Below, piece after piece: positions 12,917 to 26,400 of a stretch of 64,000 nt of DNA. The notes below the pieces were generated by a model. It was not told the DNA's origin. It saw only the letters and a program-made list of their open reading frames with translations, and searched no databases. How positions within the stretch are numbered: the stretch's first letter is position 1; each line of letters opens with the position of its first letter. Made by a program: the position numbers and the translations under genes. The stretch is from Lingula anatina (lineage: Eukaryota > Animalia > Brachiopoda): positions 60,924,788 through 60,988,787 of the forward strand of contig CM120640.1 in NCBI GenBank assembly GCA_051362555.1, given 5' to 3'.

Positions 12917-15900
12917 GCATACATGAAAAGGGAGGGGGGCTCATCTACTTGACATTTATAAGTGGGTCCTGGCCAATATACCACCTAGTGGTCAGTGGGT
13001 GTCAACATCTACTCACATCAGTCCTATGAAGGCCTTTATCCAGGTTGGCTGTAGGCTAAAGGTATGAAGGTTTTTTAGCTTGTGTTTGATAATTTTCATT
13101 TATGATCCGGCTATCAAGCTAATGAACATTTTTGCTCAAGTAAGAAAGCCATTTGCCTTTAGTTTTCACAACCCATTTTTGTGCTACAATCACTTAATTT
13201 CATGCCTAAGCACTCCTGCTGATGATATTTGATATGTTGTGTACATATCAAAAGTCGTCAACATGAGTGCTAAAACATGAATCACTGTGACATATTGGGG
13301 ATTGACTTATTTGAGTTATAATGTTTGACAGTAAAGGATGGAGCAGCAGAAAGTGTCTGATCAGCATGGTATGTGTAGGTGTGAGTTGTGGATAAGATGC
13401 GAGCTAAATGATGTCATTCAATATGAGGAACTTATCACTTGGACATCATCCAACAGTACCAATGTTAGCATTTACATGATTGTAATGCTAATAGTCCTGC
13501 ATCAATGGCCTTGATTAACAGGCACTTGTTTGGCATAGATCTGTGTGTTTTTAATAATGCTAAGTACATAAATATATCACTTTCTTTGTGTTCGTGCTTT
13601 AATGCATGCCCGCATGCTCACATTAAATTCTGTCATTTTCTTACTTATAATGACTCCAGCCCCAATGCCATACAACTCTTGTGAAGCCACACAGCTTGCT
13701 TTGTCTGCAGCAACAACAAACAATGGATTCGTGCAAGCTAATGGTTTGAAGGAACCAGATGGACAATAAAAATCTTTTGGGCACGCTTGAGGAGGGCAGG
13801 TTGGACACTGAAATGAAAATAAGTTTGTGCAACAAGATCACAGGTTAACAATCCACTTTGATAAGATTATTTTATTCTTGGATAAGACATTACTAAGCCC
13901 TCAATAATGTAATCGGAGAACACAAAAGTCACATACATCATGTAAGAAAAAAATTTGTTAACTACGTTTTAGATTTTATAACTGTATGTAATAAAGATTC
14001 TTTCTTGTTAATGAACAAAGCTTCTTGCCTTTTTTTCTCATTAAGGGTTTAGTCAAGCAATTTTTTCTTGGGAGGAAGATTTTTAAAATTAATATTAAAA
14101 CTTATTTGCAATGATTTTCTGATACATGACAATGCATATTCATAAATATGTGGTAAATATATTAACAATTAAGTGCACATTAACTGTTATGACTGAAAAC
14201 CCTTTGTCCAAAAAATATGCAAGAACACAATACAGAGGAAATACGTAATGGCTTACAGGACAATATTCTCCTTGTGGACATTTTTGACATTTGTCTGATC
14301 CCACCCCTACTGTGAATGTTCCCAGTTCACACTGCTCACAAAACCCTGGTTCATCTCCACCTTTGGCAGTACCTGGAAAAGCAAGGCCAATATTTCAGTT
14401 CTGAAAAAAAAAGACAAAACAAACAAAAGTGCCATTACAAAATGGCAATCAAATGTTTTTCATTTTTTTTCACAGGGTACAGTATTTTCAGGTCTCACTC
14501 TGATAGTATCAAAGGAAAAAAAAGCATTTTCAGCATAGTTTCCCTTTCCCATCCTGCAAAAATTTACATCATAGTCCTCCAAAGGAATAAACGAACCAGC
14601 TAAAGTATATAGACTGGCAAACAAATACAGCAATTCACAAATAAGTGCACTTTGTAGAAAAAAAAAATGTCAAGGTAAAATGTGAGATTACAATTGCATT
14701 TTCAATTTGTGATTTCCTATTCAAGTTCAATAGCAACTGTAGATGTTTCTCTTCTAAATTTGAAGGGCAAAAGTTAAAAGGTGCTTGGTTTGGAAAGTAA
14801 GGGACACTGTATTACAGTTGTTCACAGCTAGTGTAGAGAAAGCTATATCAAGAAGCTACTTAGGGGGCATTCAGAATAGATGATCTGAGTACTAACTGAT
14901 CCCCTGACTGAATATGGCTGACCACACTTCAAAAACGATGCCCCTGATTCCAGATGGTCTCCTTGCCTCTACACACACCATTAAACGGATTAAATCTCGA
15001 CTCCGAGGTTTAATTGCAATGGTGCAGGTGGAGGCGTGGAGATGATGATGGAATTATCAGCATTGCTTTTGAAGTGGGGTCAGCCATATTTAGTCGGCAG
15101 ATCAGTTAGCACTCGGATCATCTATTCTAAATGGCCCCTTAGATCTTCCTTAGCCATAACACAATACAGGGCATAAGCTGACTCCAAGTTCATGCCTGCA
15201 GATAAACACATAGTGATATATGCATTCATACAAACAAGTAGGGCTGAATATTATTATTCACCTTCTTGTTACTTACCGGGAGCACACTTTTTACAAGTCG
15301 AGGAAGAGTTTGGCTCTTTGCCAGGGGGGCACCCATAACATCTATAACAGCCTTCCTCCCTAAAATAAGAAAGACAATTCTGTTGATGCACCTGTGGTTA
15401 CTTTAATCTTTGCTTTAACTTAATAAGCACTAAAAGCTGAATGGTATTACAGTCCAAAATGGAGTACCACTGAACATTAGTCTGCTTTTCTCTTAAAAAA
15501 GAGCAAAATACAAAACCAAAGTGTTGATTTACTTGACAAAATGTAAAGCTTAAAAAATGTACGTCACAATATGTATTTAATCTGAAAGAAAAAATTACAT
15601 GGATTAGTATTTTCATCTTTATCAACTTTTATTTATCTTAATGTCACTGCCCTTTTTATCTAAGGATATGCCACTTACAGGCACACAGCATCAGGTGGAC
15701 ATCTGAAACATTTAGTAGCACCAGAATGTGAACTAAACTCCCCCACAGGGCATTTTGTGCATTCTGTTGAATTACTTGTAGGAGCGTATGTTCCTATAAG
15801 AAATAAAATGTTTATATGGCAAATAAAATTCTAAAAGTATTGTGAAGTAAAGGTCACATGTTCACTGGTTAAACCTTCCAGTTCTAATGACATGCCTTAT

Positions 15901-18900
15901 GAGCTGCACAATTAATACAGATTGTTATAAACATGTGTGCTTTTTTAAATGCTAACATATTGAGACAAACAAATGGTTAGTTACATCTCCAGGACTACTG
16001 ACATTACCGAAAAATCTCTAGAACTATCTGAGTGGTTGGTATGTATATTAATTTGATGGACTAAATTGACTAATTTTTGTGCTTCATAAAAAATCTCTCA
16101 ACTGATAACATTTGCTCAAATCAATCAACTTCAATTAAATACTGTCTGATTTTTTTTTTCAGTTACACAAACTGCCTACCTTCTTTACATTCTTTGCAAC
16201 CTTCCTTTAGTGTGGAAGAAGCTCTGTAATGTCCAGGCTCACACCCAGTGCAGTTCCAGCTACCTTCTGCTCTGGAAAGTATGAGAGTAACAAAAATCCA
16301 TCAGCTCCACTGATAATCCTATTCTTTATACAACTTCTCCTTGTTATCAGTATCAAAATTTAAAAGATGTGCAAAATCTGTGCCATTTTTCACTGAGAAA
16401 AGGAAATTCTATTTTTAAAAAAAAATTCTAAATTTAAAACTTGTTAAAACTTGTGTCGATACAATCACAACTATCTTATGATATCATAATATGATCTATA
16501 GAATTCTAGGAAATGTATGGTTGATTATACCTACTTTGTTTCAAAACCTGGGTCACACACCGTGCAGTTTGATTTACCAGTCTGATTTTGGTATGTACCT
16601 ACAAAGACATAAAATGCATGTTTAACAATACTAAATCCTTAATATATGCAGTAGATTAATATCCAATGTATTCAAGGAGATTATTTGAATTGATTCTTAA
16701 ATTACACAACTACCCATTTTGATAAGATGACAAATTAAGATCTATACCTCTATGAGATGCTGATATAATGTTGAAATCCCATTCAATGTTTTGTGAAATA
16801 CCAACAGAGAAGACAAACACAAAAGCTGACTTAAAAACTTACTTATAGGGCAATTATAACATTCTCTAAGCCCTGTTTTGTTGGAAAATTTCCCAATTGG
16901 GCATAACATGCACTCGGGACATCCAGTGGTGCTGAAAGTCAAAAGCGAGAAATACAGACACATGTTGTCAAAGAAAGTAACACCAGGATAAACATGAAAA
17001 TACACCAGAATTCCAGACTTTTCAGCTGGACTTGGTATTTATACATTAATGTAACTATACCTATGATATAACCAAACATAACTGATGTAACCAGATAAAA
17101 GTGACTGATTAGATGTATCTATTATGCACAACTCCTCAATTAATCAATACATATATATTATATAAAAAGAGTGGCCCTTTTGCATTGATTACAACACTCA
17201 GTGAGTTTATTTTGATAAAGTGAGCCTCTGTGAGATTGGTCTATTTCCCAGAAACAGGGGCTGAATCTGCCATGTTGTATTTGAAAAAGGAGATAGCCCA
17301 GGGCCTGCATATGAACATGTTAGATACAAACATTTCTTTGTAGATAACATTTAATGACCAGATAAAGACAAAAATTTTATACACAAATTTGAAACTCTTC
17401 GGCCAACTTACTTGCTAAAAGTTCCTAGATCACAGGGTTTGCATGTGATTGCCCCAGATGCATTTTGATAGGACCCCTTGCTGCAGTCAATACAGTGTTT
17501 AGATTTCTTCTCAGGGGTGTAGGTACCTTGTAAATAGTACAAAAGATACAATCAAAACTAGAACTATGAGTACATAAGATTGATATAATTTACAATATAT
17601 TGCCAATTAAAAGTGTAGTGTAAACATAGTAAAAACAAAATATAATTGTATTTAGACATAAGAAGTGTATATTTTGAAAAAGAAATTGTGGCACCAGTAC
17701 CAAACAAATATATAGGAGGCGAAATAATACAGTCTGCAGCAAAGATAAATAAATAAAAAGTAAAAAAGAAATAAATAAAGGTTCCCTCATAAATATGTTT
17801 CTATGTTTCATATAAATTTGGCATTGTAACTGGATGTCACACTTCGATGTATACAGATTGGTGGTTTCAATTATTGAATAAACTTCATTTTTAATTAAAG
17901 GGATAATAACCGTTCCTTTAGGCAAAAAAAAAAAAAAAAAAAAAGAATTTTCTCAGAGTAAACAACAATTTTCCCATACTAACCAATGGTTAAGGAATCC
18001 CTTTCTACATTCAAAGTTAGTCCCTGTTTTTTTTTTTTTTTGTTTTGTTTTTTTTTCTAAAAAGTTTGGTTTTATGTTATAATCTCTTAAGAAATAATTA
18101 CAGAGTATAGCGATCTATGGAGGTCACGTGGTCTGATGACAAGCTCAGATATCAGAATAATAACTATAACTGCCGTTTTTGTGGTAAAACAGAATATATT
18201 ATATTTCTATGAGTTGTTTACAATGTTTTTATTGTGCAATATAGATCCCATACGAAGAGTTATTATCCCTTTAATTCAATATTAATATTCTTTGTTTATA
18301 GTTTACCTGGTTGACACTGGTAGCACTTGTCACTCCCAGCCACATCATTATATTCACCTGGAGGACAGGGGGTGCATTGAGTGCTTTTATTTCTATTAAA
18401 AAAGAGAAAAAAAGTCTTACCATCATTATCTATCAGATATTAAAAACTAAAAAAAAACACAGTTGTAGCATAAACAGGTACTAGAGTAAATAAAGGATCA
18501 AAACAACACTTAAATACATTTTTACACCGAATTATAAGTATTTACACTATTTCATAGAAAAAATATCAGAGACCATTGTCATACCCTGAAAAAGTTCCTT
18601 CTTCACACAGCTGACAATTAGTTTGACCAGTTTTTGGTTGGTAGGTACCAGGGACACAAGGGGAACAGTGGTCAACCCAACACTGTCCCTGTTCTTGACA
18701 GCATGAACATACTGTTTGGTCTAAAAATGAGGTGAAAATGCACTTTGATTAATGGTTAAACTTGATTCAATTACACTTAAATGATTTGAATTTTTTGCAA
18801 CTCATTAAACTAATCTGGAATATAGATTATTCATTTTGAAATATTGGCATGGATTAGGAAATGAATAACAGAAACTGAGTGATAAATATGCACATTATAA

Positions 18901-19690
18901 CCTTCTGAAGTGCACTTACTCATGTCAGCAAAATGTCCCTTTGCACAAGTAGAGCAGTTTTGTATAATTGTTTCATTACACTGAAACTGAAGTCTGTTAT
19001 AAATCCCAGACCAGACCCTGCTGTTAACTCCAATTAAAGAGGATCCTTAAATAAAAAAATACATACTAGGTGAAATGTAGAAAAACAATCTTATACAACC
19101 CAGCACAATCCTTAATTGGTAGGTTTAATTATTTTGCAAAAATTTCAATACTGTTTGTATGCAGTTTTTTGAAGAATTAGAGAGGTGAAGTACAGTATGT
19201 ACATGTATTACTCCAGCTCACTGAAAACTACAATCATTATATAAGTTGTTATGAAACAACATTTCTGAAATACCATCCTGCCAAACAGGATGTTATATTC
19301 ACTGCCCCCCTCCCTCCCCTTCAATTTAAACATCAAAATAACTATTTTTTTGGATTCTGCACACCAATTTACAACTTGATGTCCTTTATATCTGTGGCCT
19401 GAGATACATCCAATAACCCTGGTGACAATTATAAATTGTGATAGGTCAAAAGGTTGTGATCTCTGTTTCAACGTGAAATCTAGTATTAGATTTAATTTAC
19501 CTAGTACTTATTATCTTAGTAAAATAACACTTGATGAATCAAAATTAACATTCACTTTTCAAGATATAAAATATGCGAAGGCTAATTTGCATGTACAGGG
19601 AGGCCTAATGAGGGTCAGTATTCGGTTTACAATATATGTCTCCTTCAAAATTGTAATATTTTGAATTATTCCTGAATTTACCAAACTTTA

Positions 19691-19768
<78 letters not shown>

Positions 19769-20057
19769 ATCTTTTTTCTTTGGTAGACCTGTGGCTTTTG
19801 TGTTCTAAGTTAAAAACAGAATACAAAACCTCATGTCAGAGAAACAAAATAGGTTGAAAGTGTTACATTTTTAATTTTATTCTTTATCCATAATTACATT
19901 TTTAAATAATTGTAAATAATTAATATTATTTACAATTATTTCAGAGCTATATTAATTGTTATTCTATTAATTTACCAGTACAATTTCCAATATATAACAG
20001 GAAGTACTTACCATAAACAAGCAGGAGAAAACATTGAACTGCTTCTGGTAATAACAT
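12182..20057 (-). CDS. Cys-rich (ephrin-receptor-like / TNFR-like CxxCxxG repeats) type I membrane protein, 13 exons, ~452 aa
   Basis: Exons (minus strand): 20057-20012, 19045-18920, 18720-18585, 18392-18307, 17526-17412, 16931-16843, 16598-16535, 16271-16180, 15793-15679, 15359-15277, 14372-14257, 13807-13645, 12309-12182. They sum to 1359 nt in open frame. Features: hydrophobic N-terminus MLLPEAVQCFLLLVYG, repeats such as CSPCVPGTYQPKTGQTNC, TM LYGIGAGVIIIVIVVVVCLSYYFF, tail RRRVHEGSSEETTPLTRNQRKEPVYEGF*. Confidence 0.88.
12864..12912. repeat. (TA)n microsatellite
   Basis: Perfect TA run. Confidence 0.95.
13126..13325. repeat. Degenerate palindromic (foldback/MITE-like) element
   Basis: Central arms TTCATGCCTAAGCACTCCTGCTGATGATATTTGATATGT and ACATATCAAAAGTCGTCAACATGAGTGCTAAAACATGAA are mostly complementary. 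Outer arms AACATTTTTGCTCAAGTAAG and CTTATTTGAGTTATAATGTT also pair. Confidence 0.55.
14863..15138. mobile_element. Tourist-like (PIF/Harbinger) MITE
   Basis: ~80-bp imperfect TIRs GGGG(G/C)CATT(C/T)AGAATAGATGATC...; TTA on both flanks (14860-14862, 15139-15141). Confidence 0.78.
17899..18270. mobile_element. Kolobok-type non-autonomous element, copy 1
   Basis: TTAA|AGGGATAATAAC...GTTATTATCCCT|TTAA; closely similar to the copy at 51715-52057. Confidence 0.78.
19693..19766. repeat. (TA)n microsatellite
   Basis: Perfect TA run. Confidence 0.95.
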
Positions 20058-20488
20058 TCTAAAAACATTATCTTAGCATAGTAATTCCTACTATCTGTCG
20101 AAATATCTTCCCCAAACTTCACACACCTGCATCATCGAAAGGACTCAATGTCACATGATTTGCCTCACAAGTAGGTCACCGGCTTTTTCATTAGGCAAAG
20201 TTCATTGAGATAACATGAGAGTAGATAGAAGGTAGATAAAGGTGTATTTTTGTCCTAACGATGCAACAAGATTAATGAAAAAATTTTGGCACTTACATTT
20301 GATAAGTCACATAACTTAATTATTAAAAGTTTATCCAAACTCTTTAATGTTTGGAGATTACGCACAAGTTGCCAGCGAGCGCACTATGCGCATGTGCAGC
20401 TTGTATTGGTTTTCATTCAAAAGTTGTGATATGAGTAAAACAAAACTTTACGCATCTAGTGTGGATATGTATCTTTATACCACCAAGA
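20058..20488. promoter_or_regulatory. Putative bidirectional promoter between the Cys-rich gene and the vinculin/catenin-like gene
   Basis: Divergent start codons ~430 bp apart; local CpG enrichment; NRF1-like TGCGCATGTGCA at 20387-20398; M-box/CLEAR-like GTCACATGA at 20150-20158. Confidence 0.6.
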
Positions 20489-23400
20489 ATGGATTCAAGC
20501 AATAGTTTATTGTCAAGCCTGGTACAGACTAAATCTATTCAGCGGGTCCTAGCACCTCTTGCAACCCAGGTAAATTTCTCAGAATACTCAGTACGATCTA
20601 CATGTAGATTCCAATCAATGAGTTGAGCCTTGAGACATGTCAGTAATTGATCATGTAACCGGGTAGTACTAAATCACTCTGTCCCTAATTTTTTTTTGAT
20701 ATTTAATGTAGCACTTAAGGCAAAAGTAAAAAAAGAACAAATGGTAGTAAATTGCTCTCCATCCCTTCTACTGTATTTGCATTTTTGAATATCGACTCTA
20801 GACTAGTGTTTTTCAGAATTAATTCAATGTTTTTATTACAATTTATACTTTAGGTGTCAAATTTGATTATCTACAATGAAGCTTACAATAAGGGAGATAA
20901 ATGTGCCACACCCAGGAATTTTGCAACCTATGCAGAAAATGTTCTCCATGCTGCTGAAGGTTTGGTGCAGGCAGCTTCAAAAATTGCACGGAATTCTACA
21001 GACAAAGTAAGATTATTGCAAAGAGCATTTAAACTGTGGGGTGCAGTTTGTGCTTATTTAAAGACCATTGCAAGTGCTTTTATACTTAAGTGAAAAAAAT
21101 TATCTATTTTGTCCTTCAGATTAATCAAAAAGTATCTTTCCAACCTTTCAAGTAACAAGATTTTGAAAAATTGGTCACTTGAAAAAATAAACTCAGTATG
21201 TTTGTTTTTAAAATGTTCAACTGCAGAATAGAAAGGCAGATAGTGATGATGTTTACTCCAAGATGAATATTTCAAATGCTTGTAGGAGCTGAGAAGACAG
21301 ATGCCTTCAGCATGTGAGTTAATAACAATGGCAGGTCAGAACTTAGTTCTGGTATCCCAGCGTGTAGAACTAGAGCCTGACCGAGCTGAAATCAGGAGGA
21401 GTCTAATTAGAACTGCCAAAGATGTTTTAGAGGGCACAATGAAGGTAATGCATGTAGTTGAAGGTCTTGGCATGTTTTGCCATGCATTTTTATGTGATTT
21501 ATATATATTACTGGTCAAGGAAAGGTCAAATTTTAAGTTCTGACAGTTATGGTATCAAAGCAGCAAAATAATTAGTTTCAGTGCATGATTAGAAATAAAA
21601 AATATATGATTGTGTTTCTTAAATATTCTAGGTGCTGCTGGTTGCTGATGATGCAGAGATCAGGAAGATCATGACAGCCTGTCAGTGGGTGATGGACAGG
21701 ATAAGCTTACTTAGCTCTGTCAAATCAATGAAGGCATTAGTGGCCTGTTTTAAGGTTGGCTATCTCTGAATATGCATTATTCTAGTTTTAGTTACCCCTG
21801 ATCAGTATAGCATTTTTATTAGGTGTGCAAGACTAAGTGTTGTATAAAACTGATCAGTCCATTCAAGACAGGCTTATATGTATCATTTATTACTGGGCCA
21901 TTCCGTGGTATTTGGTCCGCAGACGTCAAAATTTGAAAAAGGAATCCTACTTATAAAACTTATAATTTCTGAAACCAGACACCATAAGACACCAGAATCC
22001 AAAAGAAATTTTAGGTTCTGATGATTAATTATGATTTTATTGACACTTTTATCTGGAAAACTTATAAAATAGTGTCACGGAAGGACATTTTTATTTTTGA
22101 TATATTTTTCATAATAGAGATCATTTTAAACAATAAAGACTAAATACATTAAATATAACTTATTTCTTACATTTAGTCAAGTGCATTAGATTAAAAAATA
22201 TTTGATTATAAAATAATGGATTAATTAATATCAATTTGTCCTTCTGAGATGATTTTGGTACCTATTTTTTATGTACAGACACAGATGTGTCTGTACATAT
22301 AGCCATCATCTGCGTCTGTCGTCGCCGTCATCGCCGTCGTGCACTTTTACCGATAACACGATAAGTGGAAAACCATTTTACCTTTTGACTTGAAACTTGC
22401 AGAACTGATGAATATTCATAATACGCAGGTCAAGTTAGAAAATCAGCATGATCGGGTCACTTTAAGGGAATTTATGCAGTTTTTTCACTTTTTTCAGCAT
22501 ATATGCAGCACCGATAACACGATCAGTGGAAAACCATTTTACCTTTTGACTTGAAACTTACAGAACTGATGAATATTCATAATACGCAGGTCAAGTTCGA
22601 AAATCAGCATGATCGGGTCACTTTTAGGGAATTTATGCTGTTTTTTCACTTTTTTCAGCATATATGCAGCACCGATAACACGATAAGAGGAAAGCCATTT
22701 TACCTTTTGACTTGAAACTTACAGAACTGATGAATATTCATAATACGCAGGTCAAGTTCGAAAATCAGCATGATCGGGTCACTTCTAGGTAATATATGCT
22801 GTTTTTTCACTTTTTTCAGCATATATTAGCAGCACCGATAACACGATAAGTGGAAAACCATTTTACCTTTTGACTTGAAACTTACAGAACTGATGAATAT
22901 TTATAATACGCAGGTCGAGTTCGAAAATCAGCATGATTGGGCTATTTTGAGGGAATTTATGCTGTTTTTTCACTATTTTCAATATAAATGCAACACTGAT
23001 AACACAATATAAGAAAAACGGATTGGCCAATTGTAATTATACTCACAGGAGTGGTCAATCTTACTAAAACGCAGGTTGAGTTCGAAAATCAGCATAATCG
23101 GGCCATTATTTTAGAAGTTATACTGTTTTTTTCACATTTCCTCAGATTCAATTCTTAAGCATGTTAACAGTCTCATTATTTAACTAATAAGATGCCTAAA
23201 AGTGTTTGTTTGATATTTCCTGCATCTTTACAACATTGTTAGTTGATTATGTAAAAAGCATGGTAAACTTGTTATCATGTATTGTGTAATAAAGTGTCAA
23301 AAGTGGAAATAAACTCATATCATTGCAGTTTGTCAGATTCAATCATCCACTATGTTCAGAATCTCAGAATGGAGGAAATTGGACATTTAACACTGTTCTT

Positions 23401-26400
23401 TTGATACTTTTCCCATCTCATCAATTTTTTTAGTTGGTCATATAAAAATGGCAGTAAACTGTTTATTTTGTTTTATGTTAAAAAAGTGTTAAAAATGGAA
23501 ATAAACCCATTTCAGAACAGTGCTGTCTTGTTTACATTTTGGCATTTTCAAGGCGTGACTTTGAAGTTCCATGGGCCTGAAGACCTTTGCTAGTCACATT
23601 TTCTGAATATCTGTGATACAAATATTTTATAATTAAAAATTGATGGTCATTAAGCTGTTAAACATTATGTAATATTACATCAAAATTTGAAGAAACCCCT
23701 ATTTTGGGCACTGCTTCCATGATGACCATTTAAGGAAAATCATGTCACTTTCTGTTCTCAAACTTACAGGAAAGAAACATGGGACTAAAATACAGCTTCA
23801 GTAGGCAATGCAGTCTGTTTGGTTTTTTTTTTTTTTTTTTTTTTTTTGGCAGTTAAACAGTTTTTTGTGAAAATTTAATTTTTCACATATTGGCATTTTC
23901 AAGGTGTGACTTTAAAGTTCCATGATCTTGAAGACTTTTGCTTGTCACATTTTCTGAATGTCCATGTTACTAATATTTTATTAATAACATTTGATTGTCA
24001 TTAATAATTATGCTGTTAAACATTATTTAATGTTGTATCAAAATTTGAAGAAACCCCTATTTTGGGCACTGCTCCTATGATGACCATTTAAGGGAAATCA
24101 TGTCACTTACTGTTCTCAAACTTATAGGAAAGAAACATTGGACTAAAATACAGCTTCAATAGGCAACGCAGTCTGTTTGGTAAATTTTTCTGGCAATTTA
24201 ACAGTTTTTTTGTGAAAATTTAATTTTTCACTTATTTGCATCTTTATTTTCTGTTCTTTGTCTGTACATTTGACAGCTTTGCTGCCTTGTTAAGTTTTCT
24301 CAGTAACTACAAAAGCTAAAAACTTATAACTTCATATTCTCCTCAACCATGATAGGGGCCAACAAAATATGAAAACATTTTTGCTTAGAACCACTTCAAT
24401 AAGAAATTAAATCCAAATATTTAAGCATTAAACATGACACCTAGCACAGTGGAAGCACGTATGAGGCATTTTGATTGGACCATAACAGGTCATGTGACCA
24501 ATGAGCCGTAAACCCTTATGTCTTTCAAGATAATCTTGAACTTAAAATTCACAATTATTATATATATAAGCATTTTTAAACTGAGAAACAATTCATTTGA
24601 ATGAATAATTTTGAAGTTATTATAATTAAGACAATTTTTTATATTTATAATTAATAGATTTGGTAAGATTTTCTCTAAAAATGTCTCAATATTATTTAAA
24701 GATGATCAGAGCAGATGAGAACTTATATTATAGTCAAAATTAGTAACATGTTTGAAGATGAAATACATTACCATAGAAGGACATGTTTACCTTTGATATT
24801 ATTCATCAAACTTATGCTGGTATGTATTCATAAAATATTTTTATTAGCCTTATTTTACATTTTATTTAGCAATGGACAAAACGTCCTTCCGAGATGCGTC
24901 CTTCCATGATGCCTACTTGATTTTTTTATATGCAAAATTTTCAAATATATTATTTTTTTTCCAAAAACATTTTTATACACTGAGAAAGTGAAATAATCAA
25001 ATATTCATATTTTGATTTGACTTTAAAAATATATACACCGACAGAGCAGAATTTTAGTGTTGAAGTTGAAAGTTAAAAAACCATGTCCATTTCACGTCCT
25101 TCCGAGATGCTAACTATTTATTATAATTTTTTCATAACTATAATTTTTTGCCTAATTATAACTTACATATAGAAGAATAAACATACAAAAAAATGGACCT
25201 TGTAACTTTTTTACTTTTGAAAATATTTTCATTTGAAGTGTCAAATGTCCTTCCGTAACAGCAAAAAAATACCACGGAATGGCCCTACTTCAGTTTCCTT
25301 TGAAGTACAGATTCTTCTAATTTTCCCCTGTGTGGACTGCTTTAATATAAAAACTCTTTCTAGTTCTGTTTTGACATGGGTAATATATATTTTTAAAATC
25401 TGAAATTATATGAATATTAATAGATGCCATTTGATTATTGTCAAAGTTAAGCTTTAGAAGAAATATGCCTGCATTTTAACAGGGATTTTCTGAATCACTG
25501 ATGATATTAACCAAATTGGTGGAGCAAAGACAAAAGGAACTTACCAACCCCAGACAGAGAGAGCGTCTTATCAGTAGCATGACAGTACTGAAGAAAGCTG
25601 TGCCCATGCTTAGCACTGCTATGCAAACCTATGTCAAGTATCAAACCAACAATCAGGCTGGAGTAAGTGTTTTTAAAGTGGAGTGATAACTTTTCACATT
25701 TCTTATGTAATAGTAACAAACATATAATTATGTTTTAGCATAAGCCTTATTTGATTAATAATACAAAGAGAAACTTAAATGTTGCATTTTTGGTTTGTAT
25801 AATAATCGGAATAATTTGGCAAGATGAAGTCACCTGTAATGTCATTAGAATGGCACCATGTTAAAGTAGTTTTGATTAGCATTTAAAGCACAGGAGCCCA
25901 TTAAGCCATACAGTCAGTGATACAGCAATTATTGAAGATGGGGCTAGATCAGCACCAAATACCCTCCTCCCTGGCTATACCCTGAATACATAGTTTGTAG
26001 CACATAATTCAATATGCACTAAGTTTTTGATTGACAGGTGTGTTCAAAACTTATAACTAAAATTTTGTTAGTGATCAACATATTTTTATTGCCAATATTG
26101 CAGACCAGCAGAGACTATGTTATAGGCCAGGTGCTGACAGCGGCAAGTGATATTAGGGATATTGTGCAGAATAAGTACACTGATGAAGATGAGGAAGAAG
26201 AACCAGAAGACATTGGACATTTTGTGGCTAAGATTGACCAGGTATTTTTAGTAATACAATATTAGTATTTTTTACTACCTGTAGCTTATAAATGGTAGAC
26301 TCATGTTTTTTCTTCTGACATTTTGCAAATGAGTAATTTTCACTTTTTAGGTCTAGGCCTTATTTTCTAAATGCATAAAGACAATGCCAAGACTCTCATT

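Noticed and set aside
22351-23110. ~160-bp array as an independent satellite or ncRNA cluster
   Set aside because: Explained as HINE core repeats.
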